A stretch of 64,000 nt of DNA from Octopus sinensis (Eukaryota): assembly GCF_006345805.1 (NCBI RefSeq), contig NC_042998.1:120776001-120840000 (forward strand), read 5' to 3'. The notes under the pieces are model-generated. The model had not been told where the DNA came from and ran no database searches. It worked only from the letters and a program-made list of their open reading frames with translations. Shown in pieces: positions 36,801-47,090 of the stretch (position 1 is its first letter; every line of letters begins with the position of its first letter). A program made the position numbers and the translations under genes.

Positions 36801-39800
36801 TTTGTATTATTTCCCCAACAACTGCAGAGGTTGCAGAGGAATTATCAGACAGTGATTGTGTGTTTTGGAAAGCCATTTAAATTTGATGATGACTTAGAAT
36901 CTGGATTTGTAAACATCATTAGTGTGATATCTTTGATCCTCTCATTATTGACGAAGAAAAGGTAATGGGTCTGTTTAGTTCACAACATTCTCATGTGATG
37001 ACACTGATTCCAAACTGGTATACAAATAAGGTTATAAAGTCACTTTGATAAACAAGATAAGATTTGGGATCCAAACTTGAATTTCTCTCCTACCGTGTAT
37101 CTTGTTGAAACAGCATTTTCCAGGTTGCATCAGGTGTTGATAAATCATAAAATTGCCTCAATGTTACAGAAGAGACTTACCTCTCACTAACAAGATTTTC
37201 TCAATGCTTTGACATTTAATGAAGCTCTAGGAATGCCCTGAGTCACTGTTAATATTTTATGATGTACTATCAAGTTTGTTTGCTTAGTTTTATTTTTGGT
37301 TTTCTAGTGTGCTATGCAATCCAAAAATATATGGATATCTGTAGAAAGGAAGTTCTGCTTCTCTTGTGTTTTTGTTCATGAGTAAATAAAACTTTAATCA
37401 TTAAATTTTATTTAAACTCTAATAACTATAACTTGATTGAAAAATTATTTTGGTGGCTTTCCAACTTTACAATGTTTAAAAGTGGGTGGTACATGAAAAA
37501 TAAATTGCCTGGTCTTGCTTTAAACTCTGCACTACGACAGCCTTTCCTCTTCAGGTCTATATTCATCTGCAAAGGGAAACACGAGCAGAGAAAAATTTTC
37601 AGTTACTAGCCTTCAACACATCAGACTAAACATTTTAACTTTATTAATTTTACCCTCACCTCTAAGAAGACAGGAAATGGATATGAATGCATAATTCTCT
37701 CCTCTTTTACACAAAAAACAATGAATATTTTGTCTTAGTTGTAGAAAGTCATCTTGCATTGCCAATTATTCCCTTAAACTAAGGCCCGAATTCTAACTAT
37801 TTTAATCATTTTGACAAAATATTTCTTGCTTCAACTGATGCATCTTTAAAATATCCACTCTTCCATGGCCAAGTTTTATGAACCAACTCTGTGTGTGTGT
37901 AGAGAGAGAGAGAGAGGCAGGCAGGCATAGTTGTATGATTTAAGGATTTGGTTGCTGTTTCTAGCTGGTTGATTGACCATATAGAGACTCTGTCATTAGC
38001 CTGTGCATTTCCCTTTGGAAATTGAATACATTTTAAATGAAGCTAATTCTATTATATTGTTCTTTGAGAGTAACTACATTTTTTTCTTAGTATTAATGTG
38101 CGCAAAAATATTTCCTGTGCAGTCTGGTTTGTTGTGCTTATGCACACAATACCCCACTGTTTGGTGATGTGAATAAATGCAAAGTTACTTGGACATTTTT
38201 ACTTGAGTAGTAAAAACATCAATTTTCACAGTCCATGGAAAGACCGATTTTATAAAGGTTAGCATATTTTCTTCTTGCTACTGTTACCTCATATGATTTA
38301 AAATTTCAACCTTTTAAAGCTGTTTCTAAACTGGGACACTTTTTTTTTTTAAGTGTTACTAATGTGAAAAATTTGTAAAGCTCTGCTTTAAAATAAGTCT
38401 ATTTTAAATTTATAACTTGTGAATTTTTATTTTATACATAGGTTTGTATGAATGGCAGACACGTGTTCATGGGTTACTTGAAAACTCCAGAGAAAACTAA
38501 CGAAGCCATTGATGAGGATGGTTGGTTACACTCTGGCGATATTGGCAAGAAAGATAAAGATTTTCTCTATATAACTGGGAGAATTAAAGGTAACTTAAAA
38601 ACAAAAAATATTTATTGATAAATCTGTTTTTCTCTTGTGTAGCTGCTGATTACTTCTTTGCAAGTTGATCTATTTTCTGTAATTTCCAAATTCCTTTCTC
38701 GACTGAATTTTTATCATGACATGTTCTTTTTAAATTTTTCTGTGTCTGGAAAGTTCAATCTTTGATATGGCTCTTTCTTGTTTTGCATGTACAAACCAAC
38801 TTTGTCTTTACCAGTTATGTGCATGAAGTAATATTTACTCAGACAACTGTGTACTATACACTTACCATAATTTAAAGATGGTAGTAACTTGTATTGAATT
38901 TTGGGCTAACTTCTATCTATTGCAGAACATCTTAGAATGCATTAGACAAACTATTGCTGTGATTACTTGTATTGATGGAGAAATAATTCTTTATGTACAT
39001 CTTTTATTTGTTTATATATTAGTTTGTTCTAATTGTGGTAAGTTGCAACAAAATCCAGTTTCTTTTTTTTAATGATCCTTATTAAATATCTTATTTAAGA
39101 AATAATAATCACTGCTGGGGGTGAAAATATTGCCCCATGTCCAATTGAGGAGGCTGTCAAGGAAGAGTTGCCGATTGTTAGCCAATGTATGGTGGTTGGT
39201 GACAAGCGCAAGTTCCTGTCGATGCTCATCACCTTGAAGGTAAGGCGACTATTAATTTCTGGTAAAACTGTCACTTCATTATAGAATTGTATGTTGGAAC
39301 AAGATTGCTATATAACAATTGACATGCTTATTAGAGATAATTGGTGAAAATAGATTCCAAAGAAAAAGAAACACATTTCTGTGAGAAAGCTGCTCAGCAT
39401 TCAGATGTGAATAGTTTATTGCTGATAATTCCAGCATTCTACCAAGTATATATCTTGACTTATGAACCTTCTTAGAACCTTTTATACAAGAATAAACAGT
39501 TCATATCACAAGTTAATTTATCTAAGCACTAAAAATTCCAACACAGTATTTGAAAGAAGTAAGCTCTAAATCTTCAATAACCATGTTAGAAGTTTTAGCA
39601 CCTTAACAGCTATTGTTCCTCTCTCTCTGGTCATGAGAAGTAGGAAAGTGGCTAGTAGAGAACTTATGAAATGCTCACTTGTGAGGTTGTATTTCTTAAT
39701 TTTCAAAACTAAATTTTTGAAAAAAGTTAGCAAAAAGGATTCTTTCTCCCTATACTATTATTAATATTCAGATTGATATTTCTTAAGTATAACTGTTGCC

Positions 39801-42800
39801 TACAAGACATACTTCCAGTAATATTCAATAAAACTTTAATTAACCATAATGTAATAATTGTAACTTTCAGGTGGATATTAATCCTGACACGCTGGAACCA
39901 ACCGACAAACTAACTACTTTAGCTGCGAGTTGGTGTCGGAGTATTGGCTCAAATACCACTACAGTCTCGGAAATAGTTAACAACAAAGATGAAAATGTAA
40001 TGAAAGCTATTCAGAATGCTATTGATAAAGCCAATCTAAAAGCAGTGTCCAGAGCTGCTAAAGTGCAGAAATGGTCCATATTACTCAAAGATTTCTCAAT
40101 ACCTGGAGGAGAGTTGGGTGAGTATTGGATTTTTTAATTATAAAGAGACAGTATAGTTTGCAGTATAATTAGTACAAAAATGACAATAATACAGGTAGAT
40201 GACTAACAATTTATTCAGTATTTTTATTATGAATACACTGCTACAATGGTACCCATGATATCCTTGAACAGCATATAGAAAAATAAGGTCATCTCATGAC
40301 CACTTGTAGAGCTGAATATCAGATTATAAGAAAATTAATAAAATGAAAATTGAAACAGTAATGTTTTAGATGGATTCTTAAAATAAGCTGGATGGATAAA
40401 AAAGAATCAATGAATGGTCCTTCACAAGAGAGTCAGGAAAGGCTTAAATATCATCATGGAAAATGGACCTCCACTGACTATATTCTTAGAAGACAAGACT
40501 TTAAGTTCCTGTTAACTGATGCAGCATATGTCAAAAGAACAACAGGAAGACCTAAAACCAGATTTAGCAATGACATCAAAGAAGCTAGTGGTAGAAGTTT
40601 GCAGAACTGTGCAGACTGACACAGGACAGATATGGGTGGAGGGTCACAGGGGCTCAGTTGTTTGAGCCTTCCATCTAGAGAAGACACTGCTACCCAAGCC
40701 AGTTAAGGAGAATCTGAAGTATTTGTCTTACAACAATTTGCAACCAAATTGTTTTTTTTTTTTTTACATGGCTCTGTCTTAATGAAATGAGCTCATTCAA
40801 TGAGAGTCAACAATATTACCTAGGAAACAAGCTGTTTGATAATGCTTGTTATTAGTGTTCTTTGTTTCTTATTGATATTACATTGTAATATTTTATAGTC
40901 AAAATATTGACTGCGGAATATTTTTATTACCAACACTAATGTAAGAAAGCATACATAGAGAAGAACCATAATAAATATCTATGAATTACCATATTTCATT
41001 TCTAGTTAAAATAAAAATAAGATCTTTAAATTACTTAATCTTATTTCTATATTTCTAAGGAGAAATATCTCTTAACATAATATTGGAGATACATTTTAAT
41101 ATTTTACCTTTTAACCATTCCTTATACTTAAAAAATTACAAATGCTCTCATGTGCAGAGAAATAGTGTGGAAGGGATGAATATGCTGAATAATTGAAATG
41201 GTGATTTATGGGTTGCATTATTAAACTGAAGTTCATTGTGGCTGTGATGTTTGGGGTGAAACTAGAAAAGCATTGAAATAACAGATATAGAATGAGCTGT
41301 AATATTAAAATCTGTGTGGTAGAATATGGCCATGAAATTTTATAATAATAAACTGACAGTTGAGATCAAGACAATTGTTAACTTGTAATATTGTCATTTT
41401 AATATACAAGATGCTGACAGTTCTATCAATGTCCTTTTGTATTCTGGAAGCTGCCTTGCTCTTTTTTCCTCTGAGAAAAATATGGGTCACCATATTTATG
41501 TTACTAAATATGTAAATTTTTCCATTGTTTTTATGTAATTTGATGACAGCCCATACTATTTATGATTTCATTATCACAGCTCACAACACTTTCACATTGT
41601 GTATCTGTTTCCATTATCATAACCCACACAATACTAATATTGTATTTCTGTGATTTAAGTACCACAGCCTACACATCACTGCTTCACTGCAGCTCTGCAC
41701 ATATGATAGTTTTGGTGAAGTAATATATTTATCTCCAACAAAAAGAGGTGGTCACGGTTTTAGGATGGCATTCTTCAGCCTGAGATGACATCTAATGTAC
41801 CACAGGGATCTATTATTGGACCCCTGTTGTTTATTGCATATATTAATGACATAGGTGTTAACTTGAATGTTACAGTATTGAAATATGCAGATAACATCAA
41901 ACAGTACCTTGAGATAAAGGGAATGCAGCCTATATACTATAGATCTTTCCTGCCATCAGACCTAGACACAGTGCAACAGCAGATTACTGACTAGCAACTC
42001 AAGCTGGCTGTGGACAAGTGCACCACAGTACATTTTGTGGGGGGAAACCCCATACTTCCTCTCCAACACCATTCAAGTGGTATTGGCATTTTTGTCAACA
42101 GCAATTTGTGTTGGAGAAACTACATCTCTAAAATTGTCAAGAAGGCTAAGAGTGTCTTAACATCACTCAGTAAGATCTTTGTCAGCTGTCTGTTTGGCCA
42201 TGGTACACCCACAGTTTGCACCATACTCTGAACCTCTTATTTCCCTGGACATTGATACATTAAAGCTCCAACTGACTTTCCAACAACAACCATCTTTCTA
42301 ACAACCACCTTGGGCACCTCTTTCAATTCCATATGCTGAACACTGAACCTGCTTCAGAAACATTTTTCATGCTTAGAATTGCTGAAGCAGGGAAAAAAAA
42401 CTACCTGCATTAGTTAGCTGTCAGGACACTACATCCTTTAAAATTTCCCAAAATTTGTCAACACTACATCTGATGTTCTATTTAAAAAAAAAAATTTATG
42501 ACTCATTCACTGTTCATTTTCCTGTCTTTTTGTGCATTATTCTGTGTACTATACATATACATTTGATTACTTTTTCTGATGACTTGAGCACTATATACAA
42601 TAAGTTCATTATATATAACATTACATTAGATTATAATGCCCATTATTGATAATTCTTGACACTAAATTCTTATTGGGATGAAAGGAAAATAGAGGCTTGG
42701 ACCATCTCTAAAGATTCTTTGCATTTGAACAAAATTATTACATGTAAGCAACTGTAAATATTTGGTTGCTGCAGAACTGGCATTATAGACAAGACAAAAG

Positions 42801-43673
42801 TAGTTCTGTCAAATGATTTATTACGTTATTAATAACTAGATCAAATGGACCTAGAAAAAAAACATTCAATAAAAATGAGCAACAATAAAGAATATAACAG
42901 ATGAATACAAACAGCAAAATAACAGCATGTATATGCATGAAAGTGTTTGTAGGCTCTTGTACTGAAAGTAAGTTCAGTAAATATAAGAACTACTCACATG
43001 TGTGTGTGCATTGCTTTGATCTCTATTATTGATAACAAGTTGAGAATTTGACTGCTGTGTGTCTTGTTTGCAGAGCAAATGGCATGTAAACTGCAGACAA
43101 GACAATCTCCAAAGAAGTGTTAAAATGACTTTAATTGATTTTATTTTATTTTTGTATAGGGGTTGGCTTCTTCAAAGAGTTACTGAAGGCAATAAAAAAA
43201 CGGTCTGATTGTAAACAAGCCACATGATTAATTTTCAGCTAAAGTTATCTGCAACATACATGCAAAAGAAGTCATGTGGCTTGCTGGGGAGTCAAAAATC
43301 AAGTATAAAACTACTGAAAAACAATTGCCTCATGAGAGAGAGGGGGTAGACTGAGAAAGAGTTGATATGAGCTAAAGGGAGAAAGACAGTTTTTATTCAA
43401 AAGAGCTAAGGGGTGCACTTTAACATTTAGATTTTCCTGTCAAATGCAATGCTTATTCACCTTGTTTTGAATTAATCATGCATTATCTCATAGTTTTGAG
43501 ATTTAAATGTGTATTATTTTAAGTTATATATTTGGTTGATTTGATACTTTATTTGTTAAACCCTTTTATTTAACCTAATGGTTTTTTTCTGTATTTTTCA
43601 AGGTCCAACAATGAAGGTGAGACGTCCTATTGTTCATAAGATGTATTCAACTCTCATCGATTCATTTTACTGA
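315..43673 (+). CDS. ACSBG2: Long-chain-fatty-acid--CoA ligase, bubblegum (ACSBG) family; 15 coding exons: 315-391, 21611-21708, 24690-24851, 25028-25113, 26467-26555, 26931-27132, 27914-28015, 28765-28812, 30469-30636, 31770-31951, 34637-34937, 38442-38589, 39100-39239, 39871-40117, 43603-43673 (2121 nt, 706 aa)
   Basis: Manually spliced exons join in frame with GT-AG introns. Motifs seen: [12 protein letters not shown]|SGTTGNPKG (AMP-binding P-loop), [72 protein letters not shown]. Orthology to ACSBG1 vs ACSBG2 vs bgm cannot be resolved by eye. Confidence 0.93.
2160..2727 (+). mobile_element. RTE 3'-end fragment ending in (GAT)n
   Basis: [19 protein letters not shown] + shared tail GGAAGGGCATCCAGC...CCAACCCATGCCAGCATGG...(GAT)n. 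Confidence 0.75.
3145..3724 (+). mobile_element. RTE-related 3' UTR element with internal ~60-bp GTGCCGGTGGCACGTAAAAAGCACC repeats and (GAT)n tail; related copies at ~29965-30203, 35260-35517, 50660-50853, 53275-53755, 56440-56930
   Basis: Shared tail and repeat units among the copies. Confidence 0.75.
6372..6867. mobile_element. Tc1/mariner-pogo-type MITE with TA TSD
   Basis: TIRs CCGTAAATCCTTGAGTATAAT / ATTATACTCGAGGATTTACAG, flanked by TA on both sides. Confidence 0.8.
6988..7980. mobile_element. Penelope-like element fragment: GIY-YIG endonuclease remnant (+, ~7430-7745) with inverted terminal repeats carrying hammerhead motifs
   Basis: [15 protein letters not shown]...KIRVEE...ADHA...WDEVK...KLKEAAHM; arms 6988-7385 and 7588-7980 are reverse complements. 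Confidence 0.8.
7014..7056 (-). ncRNA. Hammerhead ribozyme motif (degenerate at the cleavage site) in a Penelope-like repeat
   Basis: GACAC-CTGATGA-aGGCTG...CAGCC-GAAA-tGTGTT. Confidence 0.6.
9840..12207 (-). mobile_element. Decayed CR1/L2-clade non-LTR retrotransposon (endonuclease + RT remnants)
   Basis: Frameshifted fragments resembling [54 protein letters not shown]. Confidence 0.8.
12208..12495 (-). repeat. 3' LTR (288 bp), preceded on the sense strand by purine-rich AAGATCAGGGTGGCG (putative PPT, 12496-12510)
   Basis: Direct repeat of the 5' LTR; TG...CA ends. Confidence 0.95.
12509..15378 (-). pseudogene. pol: Retrotransposon pol (protease LVDTG; RT YIDD; RNase H WCDA...AEL...TDS; integrase HHCC + DDE), broken by a 1-nt frameshift at ~14717 and in-frame stops at 13451-13453 (TAG) and 12731-12733 (TAA)
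   Basis: ORFs 14695-15387, 13451-14758, 12731-13438 and 12509-12715 concatenate into one polyprotein ending [17 protein letters not shown]. Confidence 0.93.
15318..15378 (-). promoter_or_regulatory. Programmed -1 ribosomal frameshift signal: G GGA AAC + 6-nt spacer + H-type pseudoknot
   Basis: Heptamer is in the gag frame and pol is in the -1 frame; stem 1 GGGGAAGTT/AACTTTCCCC, stem 2 GCCTCT/AGAGGC. Confidence 0.8.
15324..16088 (-). CDS. gag: Retrotransposon Gag with two zinc knuckles ([27 protein letters not shown])
   Basis: Intact 254-aa ORF starting 45 nt after the 5' LTR; CCHC motifs. Confidence 0.92.
   Translation of the reverse strand: MSAKIRIASDVVRPFNGEGDVVAWIRNIRLVARLQGISDVASLMVLYLEGSTLSLYLEMDEEERLCDENIEWRLCDAYTECEYTAFAKLGAIRWTGGQVDDFASEARRLATLARFAREGLERAARLAFVNGFPDDVGIHLQRLPGVKKMPLSELVAHARTLTRHSGRKAIAMAVTVTRKDGRRPEKEVQKLTVQRERPFSGRCFRCQGPHMARDCTQPGPVCYRCRQTGHIARDCGQGNDRGEVAASRTFPSNE
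16122..16133 (-). promoter_or_regulatory. Non-canonical primer-binding site AGCTATTTCGGC, complementary to nt 1-12 of tRNA-Phe(GAA)
   Basis: + strand reads GCCGAAATAGCT, the 5' terminus of animal tRNA-Phe (recalled), and abuts the LTR with no gap; no TGG PBS is present. Confidence 0.75.
16134..16368 (-). repeat. 5' LTR (235 bp)
   Basis: Direct repeat of 12208-12495 with TG...CA ends; differs by 2 substitutions and 39-bp and 14-bp indels. Confidence 0.95.
16654..16800 (-). mobile_element. Mariner transposon 3'-end remnant
   Basis: TIR-like TTGGGTCATCCCATAAATAATGC; minus-strand [17 protein letters not shown] resembles a mariner transposase C-terminus. Confidence 0.55.
18969..19363 (-). mobile_element. 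Non-autonomous Helitron-type element
   Basis: Minus strand A|TC...hairpin CCCaaGCaacGCcGGG...CTAG|T, inserted at an AT dinucleotide, no TSD. Confidence 0.75.
19519..19536 (-). promoter_or_regulatory. Canonical tRNA-Trp primer-binding site (TGGTGACCCCGACGTGAT) of a decayed LTR element; LTR end ...TACA at 19540
   Basis: 18-nt match to the recalled 3' end of animal tRNA-Trp incl. CCA, 3 nt from a CA terminus. Confidence 0.65.
21611..21708 (+). CDS. ACSBG2: ACSBG coding exon 2 ([32 protein letters not shown])
   Basis: T-rich tract + TAG acceptor, open frame, GTAATG donor; phases 2/1 fit both neighbours. Confidence 0.7.
23378..23763 (+). mobile_element. tRNA-derived SINE (A box TGGCTGTGTGG, B box GGTTCAGACC, CORE-like CCTTGG.CAAGT segment, internal microsatellite)
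   Basis: Full-length copy; homologues on the minus strand at 52861-53267, 60562-61050 and 30646-31571; partial copies near 2005, 44850, 49090, 51530. Confidence 0.85.
24690..24851 (+). CDS. ACSBG2: ACSBG coding exon 3 (TNQLAPA...PPISVP...PNTTAL)
   Basis: TGCAG acceptor, GTAAGA donor, typical ACSBG N-terminal segment. Confidence 0.88.
25028..25113 (+). CDS. ACSBG2: ACSBG coding exon 4 ([29 protein letters not shown])
   Basis: AAG acceptor, GTGGGT donor, conserved W..Y..Y....AKAFIK. Confidence 0.92.
25206..26285 (+). mobile_element. 5'-truncated RTE-clade LINE (RT C-terminus + 3' UTR)
   Basis: [30 protein letters not shown]...[31 protein letters not shown]; family 3' tail. Confidence 0.85.
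26467..26555 (+). CDS. ACSBG2: ACSBG coding exon 5 ([29 protein letters not shown])
   Basis: Conserved [10 protein letters not shown]; CAG/GTAAAT boundaries. Confidence 0.95.
26931..27132 (+). CDS. ACSBG2: ACSBG coding exon 6 ([15 protein letters not shown]...EPNIYS)
   Basis: Conserved GIYTTN; TAG/GTATGC boundaries. Confidence 0.95.
27914..28015 (+). CDS. ACSBG2: ACSBG coding exon 7 (WQELKKMG...[10 protein letters not shown])
   Basis: CAG/GTAAGT boundaries; runs into the AMP-binding motif. Confidence 0.95.
28765..28812 (+). CDS. ACSBG2: ACSBG coding exon 8 ([16 protein letters not shown])
   Basis: 48-nt exon encoding the adenylate-forming P-loop; CAG/GTAAGA boundaries. Confidence 0.96.
29601..29640 (+). 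ncRNA. Minimal hammerhead-like motif
   Basis: GCTG-CTGATGA-gatctaacagact-GAAA-CATG-TC-aaTAGC; stem II is imperfect. Confidence 0.4.
30469..30636 (+). CDS. ACSBG2: ACSBG coding exon 9 (LTWTA...[12 protein letters not shown]...FAQPDALK)
   Basis: Conserved motifs; CAG/GTAGGT boundaries. Confidence 0.96.
30646..31571 (-). mobile_element. Same SINE family, split by a ~650-bp insertion (~30867-31512) into its internal microsatellite
   Basis: SINE 3' half at 30646-30866; SINE sequence resumes at ~31513 (CGATGGGCTTCTTTCAG). Confidence 0.75.
31770..31951 (+). CDS. ACSBG2: ACSBG coding exon 10 ([24 protein letters not shown]...)
   Basis: Conserved motifs; CAG/GTATGA boundaries. Confidence 0.95.
32199..32419. 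mobile_element. piggyBac-type MITE with TTAA TSD
   Basis: TTAA|CCCTTTAG...CTAAAGGG|TTAA; the paralogous segment at ~29260 lacks the insertion. Confidence 0.85.
34637..34937 (+). CDS. ACSBG2: ACSBG coding exon 11 (...LGLDRC...AAP...YGMSESTGP...GNGE)
   Basis: Conserved YGMSE motif; CAG/GTGAGG boundaries. Confidence 0.96.
38442..38589 (+). CDS. ACSBG2: ACSBG coding exon 12 ([13 protein letters not shown]...GWLHSGDIG...ITGRIK)
   Basis: Fatty acyl-CoA synthetase signature; TAG/GTAACT boundaries. Confidence 0.96.
39100..39239 (+). CDS. ACSBG2: ACSBG coding exon 13 ([13 protein letters not shown]...[14 protein letters not shown])
   Basis: Conserved motif; AAG/GTAAGG boundaries. Confidence 0.96.
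39871..40117 (+). CDS. ACSBG2: ACSBG coding exon 14 (VDINPDT...[18 protein letters not shown])
   Basis: Conserved DFS..GGELG; CAG/GTGAGT boundaries. Confidence 0.95.
41745..42480 (+). mobile_element. Decayed CR1/L2-clade LINE RT fragment
   Basis: [20 protein letters not shown]...LKYADNIK. Confidence 0.75.
43603..43673 (+). CDS. ACSBG2: ACSBG terminal coding exon ([23 protein letters not shown])
   Basis: GPT.K..R motif with the conserved C-terminal catalytic lysine; TGA stop at 43671-43673. Confidence 0.94.
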
Positions 43674-44360
43674 AATAAACTAACTAGGTGAAGTTTCCTA
43701 TTACAGTGATCTAGTTTGCGTTAGCTGAGAGGTTGTCAAGTCTATTCACTACAACTTAATGTTGAAGTACTGTATAATCTAAGTAGCTTCTTAGCTGGCT
43801 ATATTCCCTAATATCTTGCAAATTAGTTCAGCATTCCCCCAATGGGAATATATCAGTACCCTAACTGGAAGAATACAACTTCTACTTTATCCTTCAACTT
43901 TGACAGCAATTAATATTCTAGCAAATTAAAAATCTGAATTTTTACTAAAACAACTTGGCATTAGTTTAATTATCTTCAGTTTCAAACACCATGTTTAAAG
44001 GACTTTAGTCCTTATTATTGGCAGCTGCAAAATAGACTTAATGATTGTTCCATCCAGCACTTTTGTGCTGTTAACATCACCAGAAGATCCAATTGGAATC
44101 AAAATATTTACTTTGATTCACAAAGTAAAGATTTCCTTTGTTTGTTTTTTTTTTGTTTTTGTTTTTTTTTTATTACCATGCACTGAAATTAAAATTATTT
44201 AATAAATCATAAATTGCTTTGTTTTCAGTGTTAAAAATTACATTAAACCATTTTACTGCTGCAGTTGTTCATCTGTACATGACCCCCACCAACTATAAAA
44301 TTAAGTTGCTATACTAGTAAGTCTTCTCCCTTCAATAAGTGAAGTACTTTAAAGAATAAA
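43674..44360 (+). terminator. Candidate polyadenylation signals (AATAAA at 43674, 44201, 44355) in the ACSBG 3' region
   Basis: Hexamers downstream of the stop; which one is used cannot be determined, and AATAAA is common in AT-rich DNA. Confidence 0.35.
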
Positions 44361-45183
44361 AAGTAGATTAAACAACCTTATATTTAACTAGACATGGCTG
44401 TGACCTATTAGACTGAAAATATCAACAACCTAATTGTGTTGGTAGGAGACAAACTTGTATTTGTTGTCAGCTCAATATTGCTGATTTTCTATTTGATATG
44501 CATAATTCTGTATTTAAGTATGCAATAATTTATTCCAGTCCACATAGTGTAGTTATTTGCTGTGCTATAAATAGCAGCTAAATTCTCTTTCTTCCAGTTA
44601 ACACTTTGCCATATTAAAAACAAAATTGTCTGTAATCTCTAATATACACCCTGATAAGATGGTCACAGCTAGAATGTCTTTGATCATAGGTCTATTCAAT
44701 CCAGTGTTATGGAACTAAACCAAAAAAAAAATCACTTTAATTATTTGGTGCTTTTTATTTTTTCGAGAATTTTTTTTTTTTTTTTATTTCATCACGGTAT
44801 AAACTGTTTTTTGTCTCTTTTTCAACAAAGCATTGTACATTTTCAAGCATGTGGTTAAGAATTACACGATCTCATGTTCTAACCACTGTGCAGCACTTTG
44901 GGCAAGTATTTTCTATCATGCTGCAAAGTCAGCTTTGTGAGTGAAATTTGGTTGACAAACTCTAGAAGCAGATCAGGTTTGTTTCTAGTCTTGCATGATA
45001 AACTTAATCTATCACCTGCTTTAATACCAACACTTGACCTTTGGTTACCCTAGTCTCTTGCTGATTTGAGAATAACTTTTTTTTTCCAACCAGTTTCGGA
45101 GGCTCTGAAGAGTTATTTGCTCTTTAGATTTTTCTATTAAAAAAAAAAATCAGAAATTTTTTATCTCCCCTTAAGGTTTAATA

Positions 45184-45389
45184 TTGGGTCGGTGCATAAT
45201 TATTGCGGGTTTTTTTTAAATTTTAATTTTATTCAACAAAAACTTCTTTTAATAACGGTTTGACTGTCTGCCAAGCAAATGGGGTAGCAGTAATTGAAGT
45301 ACATGGTGAATATGTTCGGGGAAAAATCATTTAAATGTTTTTGAATAAAATTTGTTGAAAAAAACTGCAATAATTATGCACCAGCCCAA
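45184..45389. mobile_element. Mariner-type MITE with TA TSD
   Basis: TIRs TTGGGTCGGTGCATAATTATTGC / GCAATAATTATGCACCAGCCCAA, TA flanks. Confidence 0.85.
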
Positions 45390-47090
45390 TAGATTTAATA
45401 ATTACCTTTGGCTGTATTAATTTCAGTTAGTTCTTTCTTTCTTTCTCTCCAAATCTTCCAATTTTCATTTCTACAGAATCATCAGATAATCGTTCATTAG
45501 AAAGTATATTTTTCATCAAAACCAAACTTAAATTATTAGATGTTTACAATTGAAGTTTAACTTCCAGCTGAAATATTTTATGAACCTAAGGAAAGATCAA
45601 GTCCCAAATTGAGAGGATATTTTACTTTTTATGTGACGAAAATGTACAAATATGATCCAAAATTTATCTAGTCGACTACTTTTAGTCTTCATATCTAAGA
45701 CATTTAGTACTTGACTAGTGTTTTATTTTAAATCTGCATAGTTAAAAGTATAACTGTGATTAAGAACCTTTGCATCCCCATGGTTCCAGATTTGATACTA
45801 TAACAGTATCTTGAGCAAGTGTCTTCTGCTGTCACCTTATATTGACTAATTCCTTAAGTATAAACGATAAGGGACATAACTTCATAAACTCTGTCCTTGT
45901 GGTTTAATAGATGGATAACATAAATAGTGGGGTTCAGATAATTAACTAGAAGCCTTAGTGCTCTAATACAACAGTCCAATGACTGAAACCAGTTACTAAT
46001 TTTTGTGAAGGTAAACCAAAGGATATGGCCCTTTTTACAGAACATCTAAGATTTGGTGGTTGGGGAGATATCCTTAAACCAGGTTCTAACGTTTGCAACA
46101 AAGTGAACTATGCTAAAAGCACTGAATGTCAAGCAACAGATTGTCTGTCAGCTAGGTAGGCCATGCAATGATTTGAGCTCTAAAAGCAAAGAGCCAGAAC
46201 AAATGCCTCAGGGTATCCAGTTTGACGTTCCTATTCTGAATTGATAGTTATTTTATCAACCCCCTAAAAAAGCTGAAATGCAAAGCTGGGTTCAAGATTT
46301 TGGACTTGTGAGACGTTACATGTGAGAGCCTATAAATGTTTTAGAACTTAAAAAGTAATATACATTCGAATAAAAGTGGTGAGATTACAACTAGATTACC
46401 ATGGAATGGTTTGTAAAGATGGGAAACCAGAGAGCACAGTGCACATCTGTAAGCCTACCAGATTATGAAATTCTTATTCAGGACATTCAGCCCACCCAAG
46501 AGCTGAACTCCTGTATTAGAAAAATGTTTATATTGTGTATTTACCACTAGATGTCAGTTATCCAACCCCCAAACCAGGAATACTCTGCAAAAAGTATTGC
46601 TCACATTTTGTGAAACATGTTAGATGTAGTGGATACTAGAAAGTTTGTACCAAAATTTCTTGAATTTAATTTTAAAGATGTTCATTACTAAAGGATGAGA
46701 GATGATGGAAGCATGGCGTAAGCTGTGACCTGTTTTGATGCTTGATAATGGATCTTATGAAAATGTTGGGAACAGTTTCATAGTCTTTAATCTTATCAAA
46801 GAAAAAGATGTTCATAACTTGCTTTGATATGCAAAAAAATTGTGACAAGACCGTTTACTAAAAATAGAGTAAATAATCTTAATGCAAACTTCTGGTGGAA
46901 TGAGTGGATATTGAAGAATACATGATCTATGCCATCTTACAAATTTAGAAATCAGTCACTGTTCAGAAAGTTGATAAAGACACAAGAAATGGTGAAGATA
47001 ACAATGAGAAAGATAAAACATGTAATTGAAAGTCTTTGCTATGAAAAGTTAATGGAGTCAGTGAGTGAAATAATCAAAGAGATGTAAAAA

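Noticed and set aside
40290-40710. Short ORF with [15 protein letters not shown]
   Set aside because: Probably a small RTE-like LINE C-terminal remnant, not a host exon; no fitting splice phase is needed there
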